DNA of 50,286 nucleotides from Deferrisomatales bacterium (GCA_033551855.1 JAWSUI010000028.1:1-50286); one strand, 5' to 3'; positions 9,308 to 19,472 are shown, counted from the first letter of the stretch. Numbers and translations are program-made. The notes: generated from the letters alone by a model not told the origin.

Positions 9308-10218
9308 CCCTTCACTCCTCCCCCATCCCCCCCACCCAGCAGCCTGTGCCAGAACCCCTGATCGACCGTGCCCGGCACCGTCTGCAGGAGCGCGGAGGCC
9401 AGGGCTTCCACGCAGCGGCTCGCCGGGCACCCCGGGTAGGCCAGCACGAAGGGGGTTCGGCTCCCGTCGGCTCGGGCGACGTGGTCGTCCCGGGCCACAT
9501 GCCCGAGGCAGGGAACCCGGCGTCCGAGGAAGCGGGCGGCCACCCGGTCGATCCGAGTGTGCACCGAGCTGCCCTGCTCCGCCGTCCGGACCCCGTTGAC
9601 CACCAGCCGGGCCTGCGGCCTCGGCTCCCTCCCCCAGAGGACCTTGAGGAGCCCGTAGGCCCCGGTGATGCTGGCGGGATCGGCGTCCGTGACGAGGACC
9701 ACCTCCGCGGCCGCCCGGCACAGGTCGGCGACCCCGCCCCCGACCCCGTGCCCGGCATCCACGAGGACGATGTCCCGCCCCTCGGTGAGGGAGGCCGCGC
9801 ACCCCAGGAGCCTCTCCCGCTCTCCCCGGGAGAGCGCCGCCACCCCCCGGAGCACCGAAGCGCCCGAGATGAGCTGCACCCCCGGCGACGCTTCCCCCAC
9901 CACGTCCTCCGGCCGGGCTTCTCCGCGCAGGAGATCCCCCAGGTTCCGGGAGGGGGCCCAAGGGAAGAGGAGCTCCAGGCTCTTCCGCCCGACGTCCGCA
10001 TCGATCACCGTGACCGCGCGTCCCCTGCCGGCCAGGGCGGCGGCGAGGCTCGCCACCAGGGTGGTCCGGCCCACCCCGCTTCTCCCACCCGCCAACGCCA
10101 GGACCCGCACGGTCGCCGAAACCTCCCCGGGGGGCGTCGACGGGGGCCCCCCCCCGTGCCGGGGGTGGGCCCGAGCGCGGGCGGCGAGCTCCCGCAGCCC
10201 CTGGGCCTGGTCCCTCAC
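9304..10218 (-). CDS. flhG: FlhG/FleN (MinD-like) flagellar number regulator with degenerate P-loop
   Basis: N-terminal DQAxxLR motif, IDAD, DAG, ASITGAYGLLK; follows flhF; P-loop reads GGRSGVGRTT. Confidence 0.85.
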   Translation of the reverse strand: MRDQAQGLRELAARARAHPRHGGGPPSTPPGEVSATVRVLALAGGRSGVGRTTLVASLAAALAGRGRAVTVIDADVGRKSLELLFPWAPSRNLGDLLRGEARPEDVVGEASPGVQLISGASVLRGVAALSRGERERLLGCAASLTEGRDIVLVDAGHGVGGGVADLCRAAAEVVLVTDADPASITGAYGLLKVLWGREPRPQARLVVNGVRTAEQGSSVHTRIDRVAARFLGRRVPCLGHVARDDHVARADGSRTPFVLAYPGCPASRCVEALASALLQTVPGTVDQGFWHRLLGGGDGGGVKG

Positions 10219-11471
10219 CCCGATTCCTCCGCACCCAGGGCCCCGCAGACGTAGCGGGCCACCGCCTCCGGCGTGGCCTCCTCGATGTCGTCGGGCACGT
10301 TCTGGCCGGTGGTGAGATAGCTCAGGGGGAGCCGAGACACCGCGGGAAGCCCCAGGAGAGGCCCGTGGCAGTCGGTCTCATCGAGCTTCGTGAGGAGCAG
10401 GCGCGTCGCCCGCAGACCGGCGTAGTGGCGCAGTATCCTCTCCAGGTCGCTCGCCCGCGTGGTCACCGAGAGCACCAGGTGGACCTCCACGGGCACCTGC
10501 TGGGGGAACAGGCCCAGGAGCTCCGCCAGGGCCTCCTCGTCCCGGGGGCTCTGGCCGGCAGTGTCCACCAGGATGATCTCCCGGTCTGCCAGTTCCGCCA
10601 CGGCGGCCCGGAACCCCTCGGCGTCGAGGGCGACCCGGAGAGGCACCCCCATGATCTTTGCATAGGTCTTGAGCTGCTCCACCGCCGCGATGCGGAAGGT
10701 GTCCACGGTGAGGAGGCCCACCCGGGCTCCGTCCTGGAGGGCGAAGCGCGCCGAGAGCTTGGCCACCGTGGTGGTCTTGCCCACCCCCGTGGGGCCCACC
10801 AGGGCGATCACCCGGGGCCCCCGTGCGGGTGGATGGAGACCTCCGGCCACCCGCACGGTGCGCCGGACCAGCTCCTGAAAACCCTCCACCTCGCGGCCTT
10901 CCGCGAGCCCGCCGGCATCCATTTTCTCCTGGAGGAAGGCTACGATGCGCGCGGCGAGGGCCCGGTCGAGATCCACCGCCTCGAGGTGGGCGTGGAGCCT
11001 TCGCAACCCGGGAGCCAGGCGCAGCCGGTCGAACCGCGCGGTCTGCTCCAAGAGCCGGTCCAGCTTCTCGGACAGGCGGCCCACGTCCCGGGCCAGGGCC
11101 TCCTCGCCCGGGGGAGAGGGGCGCCTCCCCAGAACGGCCAACTCCTCGCGCAGGCTGTCCAGATCGGCCTGGAGGGCCAGCAGCGGCCCGTGGTCCGCCC
11201 GGCCCGCCGCCTCCCCCGGGCCCGGGCGGGAGCTACCCCGCGCCGCCTTCCCCCCGGGGGAGGGGCCCGGGCCCGATCGCCCCTGCGCAGCGAGGGTTTC
11301 CAGACCCGCGGCCGCGGTGACTTCCAGGATCGGCCGGCCCAGCATCCCGAACACCCCCTTGCCGGGCTTGATCTGTCGGGTGGAGAGGATGACCGCTTCC
11401 GGGCCAAGCTCCTCCTTGATCCTTCGGAGGGCGTCGGGCATGTCGACCGCCTGGAACTTCTTAACCCTCAA
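10215..11471 (-). CDS. flhF: Flagellar biosynthesis SRP-type GTPase FlhF
   Basis: VKKFQA...ELGPEAVILS, GPTGVGKTTT, DTFRIAA, DTAG, TKLDE, GQNVPDDI. Confidence 0.95.
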   Translation of the reverse strand: MRVKKFQAVDMPDALRRIKEELGPEAVILSTRQIKPGKGVFGMLGRPILEVTAAAGLETLAAQGRSGPGPSPGGKAARGSSRPGPGEAAGRADHGPLLALQADLDSLREELAVLGRRPSPPGEEALARDVGRLSEKLDRLLEQTARFDRLRLAPGLRRLHAHLEAVDLDRALAARIVAFLQEKMDAGGLAEGREVEGFQELVRRTVRVAGGLHPPARGPRVIALVGPTGVGKTTTVAKLSARFALQDGARVGLLTVDTFRIAAVEQLKTYAKIMGVPLRVALDAEGFRAAVAELADREIILVDTAGQSPRDEEALAELLGLFPQQVPVEVHLVLSVTTRASDLERILRHYAGLRATRLLLTKLDETDCHGPLLGLPAVSRLPLSYLTTGQNVPDDIEEATPEAVARYVCGALGAEESG

Positions 11472-13566
11472 GGCTCACCACCTTCAGCGTGCGCAGCGGC
11501 CCCTCCACCTCGTCGTGGCTCAGGAGGACCAGGCCGGGCATCGCCCGCTCCGTGAGCCTTCTCAGGGGGAGTCGGATCGCGGGGGGTGTCAGCACCACCG
11601 GGGGGACCCGGAGGACCCCAACCTCCTCGGCCGCCTGCCCGAGGGCTCGGAGCAGGCGCTGCGCGAGCTTCGGCTCCAGGGACAGGAAGGAGCCCTGGTC
11701 GCTTCGCTGGAGGGCCCCGGTCAGGGCCTCCTCGAGGCGGTGATCCAGCGCGATGACCGGCACCCTCCCCTCGGCGTCCTGGTACTGCCTCGAGATCCCT
11801 CGCCGGAGCGCCGCTCGCGCGTGCTCGGTGAGGTCCTCGGGGTCCTTGGTGCGGGGGGCCCAGTCGGCCAGCGCCTCGAGAATGCTGCGCAGGTCTCGCA
11901 CGGCCACGCCTTCTCGCAAGAGGTTTTGGAGCACCCTCTGGACGGCCCCCAACGGGAGCAGGTCAGGCACCAACACCTCCACCAGCGCCGGGGCCTGGGT
12001 ACCCACCGCGTCGAGCAGGTTCTGGGTTTCCTGGCGGCCCAGGAGCTCGTGGGCGTTGCGGCGGACCACGTGGGCGAGATGGGCCGCGACCACCGCGGAG
12101 GGGCCCATCACGGTGCCCCCGAGCAGGCGGGCCTCCTCTGCCCGCCCTTCGGGGACCCACAGGGCCTCGCCCCCGGAGGCGGGATCCCGGGTGGGGATTC
12201 CCCCGATCCCGCTACCCAGGGCACCTGCGTCCACGACCAGCCGGTGGCCCTCCTTGAGCTCTCCCCTCCCGGCCTCCACCCCCTTGATCAGGATCACATA
12301 CTGCGCGGGGCGGAGCTGCAGATTGTCGCGGATCCGGACGGGGGGGACGACGATGCCCAGGTCCAGGGCCACCTGGCGCCGCAAGGACCGGACCCGCTCC
12401 AGGAGATCCCCCCCCTGGCCAGGATCCACCAGGTGCAGCAGCCCGTACCCCACCTCGAGCTCGAGGGCGTCGACGTGGAGGAGCTGGGTCACCTCCTCGA
12501 GGCCCTCGGGGGCTCGCGGCGTCTCCTGGGCAGCTCGCCGTCGAGCCGCCGCCTCGATTTCCCGGGCTTCCGCCTCCGTTCGCTGGCTCCGGTGCACGGC
12601 GTAGGCGGCCCCCCCCATGACGCCCGCGAGGATGCCGAAGGGCAGGAAGGGAAGTCCCGGGACCAGTCCCAGCAGAAGCAGCACCCCCGCCCCGACGCCC
12701 AGGGCGCCCGGGGCCTGGAGGAGCTGCCGCGGGAGCACCCGTCCCAGGCCCGACTGGCTGCCGGCCCGGCTGACGAGTATCCCGGCCGACGTGGAGATGA
12801 CGAGGGCGGGCATCTGGTGCACGAGGCCGTCGCCCACCGTGAGGGTGGTGTAGGTGGCCGCGGCGGCCGGGAGGGGCATCCCCTTCTGGAGCACTCCCAC
12901 CACCAGCCCGCCCAGGAGGTTGATGCCCGTGATCACCAGAGCCGCGACGGCGTCGCCCCGCACGAACTTACTGGCGCCGTCCATGGCCCCGTAGAAGTCC
13001 GCCTCGCTGGAGAGCTCCCGGCGGCGGCGGCCCGCCTCCTCCTCGCCGATCGCTCCGGCGTGGAGGTCGGCGTCGATCGCCATCTGCTTCCCGGGCAGGG
13101 AGTCCAGGGTGAAGCGCGCGCTCACCTCGGCGATGCGGGTCGTGCCCTTGGTGATGACCACGAAGTTGATCACCACGAGAATGAGGAAGATCACGATCCC
13201 CACGACGAAGTTCCCGCCCACGACGAAGTCGCCGAAGGCGGCGATGATACGGCTCACCGCCTCGGGCCCGTCGCTGCCCCGGGTGAGGATCAGGCGGGTG
13301 GAGCTGACGTTGAGCGCCAAGCGGAACAGGGTGACGATCAGCAGGGCACTGGGGAAGACGGAGAAGTCGAGGGGGCGCTCCGTGTACATCCCCAGGAGGA
13401 AGATGAGCACAGAGAGGCTGATGTTGAAGGCGAGGAGCAGATCGAGGGCGAACCTCGGCACGGGGACGACCATCAGGAAAACGATGCTCATCACCCCCGC
13501 CGCGACGAGGACACCGCTGTGACGGCTCAGCACGCTCGAAGCGGTAACGGCAATCCCTCGTTCCAT
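11461..13566 (-). CDS. flhA: Flagellar export gate protein FlhA
   Basis: Multi-TM N-terminus, RIAEVSARFTLDSLPGKQMAIDAD, FYGAMDGASKFVRGDA, VRIRDN. Confidence 0.96.
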   Translation of the reverse strand: MERGIAVTASSVLSRHSGVLVAAGVMSIVFLMVVPVPRFALDLLLAFNISLSVLIFLLGMYTERPLDFSVFPSALLIVTLFRLALNVSSTRLILTRGSDGPEAVSRIIAAFGDFVVGGNFVVGIVIFLILVVINFVVITKGTTRIAEVSARFTLDSLPGKQMAIDADLHAGAIGEEEAGRRRRELSSEADFYGAMDGASKFVRGDAVAALVITGINLLGGLVVGVLQKGMPLPAAAATYTTLTVGDGLVHQMPALVISTSAGILVSRAGSQSGLGRVLPRQLLQAPGALGVGAGVLLLLGLVPGLPFLPFGILAGVMGGAAYAVHRSQRTEAEAREIEAAARRRAAQETPRAPEGLEEVTQLLHVDALELEVGYGLLHLVDPGQGGDLLERVRSLRRQVALDLGIVVPPVRIRDNLQLRPAQYVILIKGVEAGRGELKEGHRLVVDAGALGSGIGGIPTRDPASGGEALWVPEGRAEEARLLGGTVMGPSAVVAAHLAHVVRRNAHELLGRQETQNLLDAVGTQAPALVEVLVPDLLPLGAVQRVLQNLLREGVAVRDLRSILEALADWAPRTKDPEDLTEHARAALRRGISRQYQDAEGRVPVIALDHRLEEALTGALQRSDQGSFLSLEPKLAQRLLRALGQAAEEVGVLRVPPVVLTPPAIRLPLRRLTERAMPGLVLLSHDEVEGPLRTLKVVSLEG

Positions 13567-13614
13567 CCTACGGTCGGGTGCCCCGGGGAACCGGGAACAG
13601 CGTCAGGTGCCGGG

Positions 13615-13670
13615 ACTTTAGCACACCTTCCCCCCGGCCCGTAAGCCCCGGATCCAACAGCCCCGGATCC
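13615..13670 (-). promoter_or_regulatory. Putative flhA promoter (extended -10) with an upstream 12-bp direct repeat
   Basis: TGcTAAAGT on the minus strand; agccccggatcc at 13644-13655 and 13659-13670. Confidence 0.4.
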
Positions 13671-13868
13671 CCACCGCCACGGGGCCCTTGGGGGTCCTGC
13701 GGCAGGCTGCCGGGAAGGACCCTCTCGGGAGCCCGTGCCGGTTCCGCCAGGAGAGCCCGGCGCGGCCTTCCACCCTTTCGCGCCGGCAGATCCCGTCATT
13801 CCCGCGCGAGAGCGGACGCCGTCGGCCGGGCGGCCGGGACTCGCGGCACCGCCTGCCCGGAGCCGCCG

Positions 13869-14450
13869 CTAGGGGGCGATCTTCGTCCCCAGCACCTCCA
13901 GAAATCTTGCCAGCCACTCCGGGTGCGCGGGCCAGGCCGGCGCGGTCACCAGGTTCCCGTCCACGTGGGCCCGATCCGTGGGGATGTCCGCGTAGGACCC
14001 CCCGGCCCGTGCCACTTCCGGCCCCACCGCCGGGTACGCGCTGCAGGAGCGCCCCTGGAGCACGCCTGCTGCGGCGAGCACCTGGGCGCCGTGGCAGATG
14101 GCGGCCACGGGCTTGCCCTCCTCGAAGAAGTGGCGAACGACCTCGAGCACCTTGGGATTGAGCCGCAGGTACTCCGGTGCGCGGCCCCCCGGGATCACCA
14201 GCGCGTCGTAGTCCTTGGGCTTGACCTTCCTGAAGTCCGCGTTGAGCGCGAAGAGGTGCCCGGGCTTCTCCGAGTAGGTCTGGGCGCCGTCGAAGTCGTG
14301 GACCGCCGTGCGCACCGTCTCGCCGGCCTTCTTCTCCGGGCACACGGCGTGCATCCTGTGCCCCACCGCCTGCAGGGCCTGAAAGGGTACCATGGCCTCG
14401 TAGTCCTCCACGTAGTCACCCACCAGCATCAGGATCTTCTTTCCCGCCAC
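13869..14450 (-). CDS. DJ-1/PfpI family protein
   Basis: [18 protein letters not shown], nucleophile [16 protein letters not shown]. Confidence 0.93.
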   Translation of the reverse strand: MAGKKILMLVGDYVEDYEAMVPFQALQAVGHRMHAVCPEKKAGETVRTAVHDFDGAQTYSEKPGHLFALNADFRKVKPKDYDALVIPGGRAPEYLRLNPKVLEVVRHFFEEGKPVAAICHGAQVLAAAGVLQGRSCSAYPAVGPEVARAGGSYADIPTDRAHVDGNLVTAPAWPAHPEWLARFLEVLGTKIAP

Positions 14451-16545
14451 GGCGTTCTCCTCTCTCCGGGGGTCGCGGCCCCCCGGGGTCCCGGGTCATC
14501 CCGCGGTCCGGAACTCTACCCCGGCCCTCCCCCGGGTCAATGCCCCCTCCTTCGCCCAGCAGCTCCCGAATGCCGTGGAAGAAGCTCCGGGCCTGGGCAC
14601 GCTCCTCGGCCTCGCTCCGCTCGGGCCGTGCCCCCCCCTGCTCGGTGAGCCCGAGCGGCACCTCGGAGAGGAAACGGGAGGGCACCGAAGCAGCGACGTG
14701 GCCCCTGCGGCGGCGGGTCCGTGCGTGGCAGAGCACCAGGCGCTCCCGGGCCCGCGTCATCCCCACGTAGCACAGCCGCCGCTCTTCCTCCAGGGCGGTC
14801 GCGGCCAGGTCGGCCCCCTTCACGAGGGGTAAGAGCCCCTCCTCCATTCCCGCCAGGAAGACCACCGGGAACTCCAGCCCCTTGGCAGAGTGGAGCGTCA
14901 TCAGAGCCACCTCGTCGCCCCCGTCCCCGTCCCGGTCGGCCGGGGGGTCGAGGCTCAGCCGCTCCACGAACAACCCCAGGTCCACCCGGCCCCCCACCCT
15001 GGGCCCCTCCGCAGTGGACGCGGCCAGTTCCTCCAGGAGCTCCAGGCGCCGGGCCACCGCCCGGGGAGAGTCGTAGGTCGCCTCGACCTCGGCCCGCAAC
15101 CCGGCGTCCCGGTAGAAATCCCGCAGGCCGGCCGGCGTGAGGCCCTCCTCCCGAAACCTCCGCCCATAGGTTTCGAGGAGCCCCAGGAGGCGGTTGGCTC
15201 CCGCCCGCGCCTGCGGGGAGAGCTCCCCCGCCCCCCCCAACCCGCGGCGCAGGCTCTCTCCCCGGGCCTCCGCGGCCGCCTTCAGGCGCAGGAGGGCCTG
15301 GGGTCCGAGCCCTCGCTTGGGCACGTTGGCGATGCGCAGCAGGCTCGCGTCGTCCCGCGGGTTGTGCATCGCCTTGAGGTACGAGAGGACGTCTCGCACC
15401 TCCTTGCGGTCGAAGAACCGCGAGCCGCCCACCACGCGATAGGGGACGGCGTGGGCGCGGAACGCCTCCTCGAACGGCCGCGCCTGGGCATTGGTGCGGT
15501 ACAGGACGACAAAGTGGGACCACGGCCGCCGGGTGCGGAAGGTCTCGGCTAGGATCGCGCTCGCCACCTCCTCGGCCTCTGCCCGTGCGTCCTCTGCGGC
15601 GATCCAGCCCACGGGGTCCCCTCGGCCGCGACCGGTCCAGAGCCTCTTCTCCCGCCTGGCCGGGATGTGGGAGACCACCGCGTGGGCCGCCTCGAGGACC
15701 GTGGAGGTGCTGCGGTAGTTCTCTTCCAAGAGGACGACCCTCGCCCCCGGGAAGTGCTCCTCGAACCGGAGGATGAGCCCCACTTCGGCCCCCCGCCAGC
15801 CGTAGATGGCCTGGTCGTCGTCCCCCACCACGCACAGGTTGCGCCGACGCCCCGCGAGGGCCTTGAGCAGCTCGAACTGAACCGGGTTGGTGTCCTGATA
15901 CTCGTCCACCAGCAGGTAGTGAATCGCGTGCTGCCACCGGGCAAGGCAGTCGGGGCTCTCGCGGAAGATGCCCAGGGGCAGGAGCAGCAGGTCGTCGAAA
16001 TCCACGGCGTTGTGGGCGCGCAGGAGGTCCTGATAGGCGCGGTAGACGTCCCGAAGCACCCGGGCCCGGCCGTCCCCGGGCGGCGCCTGCACCGCGCCGG
16101 GCAGGATCCCCCGGTTCTTCCAGAAGGAGACGGCCTCCTGCACCTCGGAGGCGTCCAGGGGGAGCCCGGCCTCCCGCACGAGCTCCCGGATCGAGGCCCG
16201 CTGGTCGGCCTCCCCGTGGAGGCTGAAATGGCGGTCCAGGCCCAGCCGCCCCGCGTCCTCCCGCAGGACGCGTAGGCCCAGGGAGTGGAACGTGCTCACG
16301 GTAAGCCCTTCCACCGAAGCCCGGCCGGCGAGGGCCTCGACCCGCTCGGCCACCTCCCGCGCCGCCTTGTTGGTGAAGGACAGAGCCAAGATCCGCTGGG
16401 CGGGGACCCCGCGCCGGAGCAGGTGGGCGATGCGGTGGGTGATGACCCGGGTCTTCCCCGAGCCGGCTCCCGCCAGCACGAGCAGGGGGCCCTCCCGGTG
16501 GGTCACGGCCTCCCGCTGTCGTTCGTTGAGCTCCTCGAGGGTCAC
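14416..16545 (-). CDS. UvrD/Rep/PcrA-family SF1A DNA helicase
   Basis: [56 protein letters not shown]. Confidence 0.95.
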   Translation of the reverse strand: MTLEELNERQREAVTHREGPLLVLAGAGSGKTRVITHRIAHLLRRGVPAQRILALSFTNKAAREVAERVEALAGRASVEGLTVSTFHSLGLRVLREDAGRLGLDRHFSLHGEADQRASIRELVREAGLPLDASEVQEAVSFWKNRGILPGAVQAPPGDGRARVLRDVYRAYQDLLRAHNAVDFDDLLLLPLGIFRESPDCLARWQHAIHYLLVDEYQDTNPVQFELLKALAGRRRNLCVVGDDDQAIYGWRGAEVGLILRFEEHFPGARVVLLEENYRSTSTVLEAAHAVVSHIPARREKRLWTGRGRGDPVGWIAAEDARAEAEEVASAILAETFRTRRPWSHFVVLYRTNAQARPFEEAFRAHAVPYRVVGGSRFFDRKEVRDVLSYLKAMHNPRDDASLLRIANVPKRGLGPQALLRLKAAAEARGESLRRGLGGAGELSPQARAGANRLLGLLETYGRRFREEGLTPAGLRDFYRDAGLRAEVEATYDSPRAVARRLELLEELAASTAEGPRVGGRVDLGLFVERLSLDPPADRDGDGGDEVALMTLHSAKGLEFPVVFLAGMEEGLLPLVKGADLAATALEEERRLCYVGMTRARERLVLCHARTRRRRGHVAASVPSRFLSEVPLGLTEQGGARPERSEAEERAQARSFFHGIRELLGEGGGIDPGEGRGRVPDRGMTRDPGGPRPPERGERRGGKEDPDAGG
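14513..14540 (-). promoter_or_regulatory. Putative sigma70 promoter for the pfpI gene, inside the 3' end of the helicase ORF
   Basis: TTGACC-N16-TAGAGT. Confidence 0.5.
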
Positions 16546-16635
16546 GGCCCCGTCCCCGCCGCTGCGGACGGGCCCTTGCCCCTGGCGCGCGCCGGGCTAC
16601 CCTTGGCAGGGTCAACCCGTCCGAAGGAGGATGCC

Positions 16636-17412
16636 ATGGGACCCGCTCTCCTCACCGCCCTTTGCCTGCTGATCGCCCTGCCGGCCTCGGCCGCCCTAGT
16701 CACGACGCCCGTGGAGTACCGACATGGGGACGAGGTCCTCGAGGGCTACCTGGCCTACGACGACGCGGTCCCCGGAACGAGGCCCGGGATCCTGGTGGTC
16801 CATGAGTGGTACGGCTTGAACGACTACACCCGCTCCCGCACGGAACAGCTCGCCCGCCTCGGATACCTGGCCTTCGCCGCGGACATCTACGGCAAGGGGA
16901 AGCAGGCGGCGGACGCCGAGGGGGCGCGCCACCTGGCCGGGGTCTTCTGGCAGGACCAGGAGTTGCTACGGGCCCGGGCCGCCGCGGGGCTGGAGCAGCT
17001 GAGGGCCCACGCGCTCGTGGACGGCGCCCGGGTGGCCGCCGTAGGCTACTGCTTCGGCGGCACCACCGTGCTGGAGCTGGCCCGCGCCAACGCGGCCGTG
17101 CAGGGCGTCGTGAGCTTCCACGGGGGCCTCAAGACGGCGGACCCGGCAGCCACCTCGGCGGTCGGGCCCAAGGTGCTGGTGCTGCACGGCGCCGACGACC
17201 CCTTCATCCCGGCCGAGGACCTCGCCGCCTTCCAGGAGGAGATGCGCCGCGCGGGGGCGGACTGGCAGCTGGTTCTCTACGGCGGCGCCCAGCACAGCTT
17301 CTCCAACCCGGCGGCCGACGGGAAGGCGCTGCCGGGAGCCCTGTACGACGAGAGGGCGGACCGGCGGTCCTGGCAGCACATGCAGGCCTTCCTCGGGGAG
17401 CTCTTCCGTTGA
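16636..17412 (+). CDS. Dienelactone hydrolase family protein with signal peptide
   Basis: HEWYG, GYCFGG, HGADD, HSF; SD GGAGG before ATG 16636. Confidence 0.92.
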   Translation: MGPALLTALCLLIALPASAALVTTPVEYRHGDEVLEGYLAYDDAVPGTRPGILVVHEWYGLNDYTRSRTEQLARLGYLAFAADIYGKGKQAADAEGARHLAGVFWQDQELLRARAAAGLEQLRAHALVDGARVAAVGYCFGGTTVLELARANAAVQGVVSFHGGLKTADPAATSAVGPKVLVLHGADDPFIPAEDLAAFQEEMRRAGADWQLVLYGGAQHSFSNPAADGKALPGALYDERADRRSWQHMQAFLGELFR

Positions 17413-17438
17413 GGGGGGGCTCCGGCGGCCTTGGGCCC

Positions 17439-18800
17439 TCAGGAGCCCCCGGGGAAGGGACGCACCCCCCCTTCGCCGAGGGGGCCCACGATCCGGTCGC
17501 GGATCCACTTGCCGTCCCACCACTCCACCGGCGTGACGGACCTGCCGTGGAGGAGCACCTCGTAGTGGAGGTGGTCTCCCACGGCGAGACCCGTGGTCCC
17601 GGTGCGCCCCAGCTCCTGACCCCGCGCCACGCGCTCCCCTTCCCGGACCCCGATGGAGGAAAGGTGGGCATACAGGGTCTGTAGACCCAGCCCGTGATCG
17701 AGGATCACCGTATTGCCGTAGATCGTGAGCGGCTCGGCAAACACCACGACCCCACTGTTCGCGGCCGGCACCGGCGCCCGCTGCACCGACGCCAGGTCAT
17801 ATCCCAGGTGCACCTGCCGGTCCACCTCCTGCCCCTGCCACCGGTAAACCCTTGTTTCCGCAAAGTTGGCGAAGACCTTCGTGTTGGGGGGCTGGAGAAA
17901 CGCCCCGGCCCAGAACACCTCCGCAGCGCTGCTGCGGCCCACCCGAGCCGCCTCCTCCAGGGCCTGGCGGCGCAGGTCCCGATTGACGGTCAGGAAGGCG
18001 GCCAAGAGCGTCTCGGGGGTCGACGGGTTGGCCTGGGGCAGGAGCTCGGCCACCGCCCGCGTCATGAAGTCGGCCCGCAGCTCGATGGTGTCGGTGGAGA
18101 ATCGTTTCCGCCGCACCTCCCCCGGGATTCCCCGCACCGCCGTGTTCCCGGCCTCGTCCCGTGCGAAGGCGGTGAGGGCCACCGGTGTGGGCTGATCCCA
18201 GGGCAAGGCGAAGAGGGCGACCAGCACCCCGGGTGGCGCCCCTTCCAGGGCGAAGGCCGGCTGCTCCAAGCCCCCGACCGACACGCCGGCAACCGCCGCC
18301 TCGGGCGCCCGGAGCACCGCCACCCCACTCCCCCCCTGGTCCATGTAACGGGTGTAGGAAATCACCTCGAGGGCCGGTGGCGTCAGATCCACGACGACCG
18401 GCACGACGAGGGAAGGGGCGGTCGGGGCCAGGGGCCTCCAGAAGCCGTCACGGGCAAAGACCTGCAACTCGGCGTCCCCCTCCCGGGCGCCCAGGGCGGC
18501 GGGCTCTACCGTGACCTCCACCCGCTGTTCCGACGGGGCAGCCGGGAACGAGCGCGCCAGGACGAGTCCGTTCGTCGACCCCTGGACCAGGCGGAGCTCC
18601 ACCGACGCCACCCCTCCGCGGGCAGCCCGAAGCTGCATGGCGAGGGGCGTGCTGCTGCCCAGGTAGCGGGGAGTCGGGAGGAGCTCGACCTGTGGCCCGG
18701 GGGATTTCTGACGCCACAGCAGGTAGCCGGCGCTGCCGGCGCCGGACAGGGCCAGGATGAGGAGGAGGACGACCCAGAACCGGGGGCTGTTTCGAGCCAT
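17439..18800 (-). CDS. Membrane-anchored M23 family peptidase
   Basis: N-terminal TM, HLGYD (HxxxD), YAHLS, GDHLHY. Confidence 0.92.
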   Translation of the reverse strand: MARNSPRFWVVLLLILALSGAGSAGYLLWRQKSPGPQVELLPTPRYLGSSTPLAMQLRAARGGVASVELRLVQGSTNGLVLARSFPAAPSEQRVEVTVEPAALGAREGDAELQVFARDGFWRPLAPTAPSLVVPVVVDLTPPALEVISYTRYMDQGGSGVAVLRAPEAAVAGVSVGGLEQPAFALEGAPPGVLVALFALPWDQPTPVALTAFARDEAGNTAVRGIPGEVRRKRFSTDTIELRADFMTRAVAELLPQANPSTPETLLAAFLTVNRDLRRQALEEAARVGRSSAAEVFWAGAFLQPPNTKVFANFAETRVYRWQGQEVDRQVHLGYDLASVQRAPVPAANSGVVVFAEPLTIYGNTVILDHGLGLQTLYAHLSSIGVREGERVARGQELGRTGTTGLAVGDHLHYEVLLHGRSVTPVEWWDGKWIRDRIVGPLGEGGVRPFPGGS

Positions 18801-18847
18801 GATGTCTTCGATGTCTCCGTAGGCGCGGGGGGGGTGCAAGAAAAAGG

Positions 18848-19219
18848 CTAGAGTTTCGGGCGGGCGGCCGACTCCCGTCCGGGGATCACGATCCGGGTCA
18901 TCTCCTGACGGCGGAGTTCCTCGGCCGCGGCGAGCATCTCCTCCACGGAGCGGCTCAAGGCCTCGGGAAACCGCTCGATGGCCTCTTCCAGGGTGGACGC
19001 CTCGATGGAGCACTGGACCGGGATCGGCCCTGCCGGGGACATCAACTGGCTCTCTCCCAGAAACGCCGTCTCCCGGCTCGGGTCCGGACTGCCGTCCGGG
19101 TTGACGGGTGTGAGCCGGCGAATCCAAGCCACTTTGAGGTCCGTAAAGGTCTCCTCCCGGTAAAGGCTGCGGGCATCGACCTGCACCTCGAGCGGCTGAC
19201 CCGTTTCCTCGTCGCGCAT
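18848..19219 (-). CDS. Hypothetical cytoplasmic protein
   Basis: SD GGGAGG before ATG 19219; LYREETFTDLK...IRRLTPV..DGSPD; C-terminal RIVIPG. Confidence 0.8.
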   Translation of the reverse strand: MRDEETGQPLEVQVDARSLYREETFTDLKVAWIRRLTPVNPDGSPDPSRETAFLGESQLMSPAGPIPVQCSIEASTLEEAIERFPEALSRSVEEMLAAAEELRRQEMTRIVIPGRESAARPKL

Positions 19220-19334
19220 GCGCGCCTCCCTCCTTCCGTACGTGGCTGCCGCGAACGGCTGCGAGCGATTCCCCATCGGCCCCCGCACCCGCCCCCGCGG
19301 GCACCATAGTACCCCATCCGCCCCCCCGGGTTCG

Positions 19335-19370
19335 ACCCTGTTCGCCACCCTGTTCGCCACCCTGTTCGCC
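19335..19370. repeat. Three perfect tandem 12-bp repeats ACCCTGTTCGCC
   Basis: Units at 19335, 19347 and 19359 in a divergent intergenic region. Confidence 0.9.
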
Positions 19371-19443
19371 CCCCTTCGGGTCCCTGCCTCAAGGCGAGCG
19401 CGGGTCGGAAGCCGCCGGGCCCGTGGAGAAACCGGGCCCCGGC

Positions 19444-19472
19444 TTGCGGGAGGTCCCTTCCGCGGGTACGTT
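19444..19472 (+). promoter_or_regulatory. Putative sigma70 promoter
   Basis: TTGCGG-N17-TACGTT upstream of the alpha/beta hydrolase. Confidence 0.45.

Noticed and set aside
13795..13820. REP-like GTCATTCCCGCG motif
   Set aside because: Single degenerate copy with no partner in the window.
19330..19370. LexA box
   Set aside because: GTTC spacings (N6, N8) fit neither GAAC-N4-GTTC nor GTTC-N7-GTTC.
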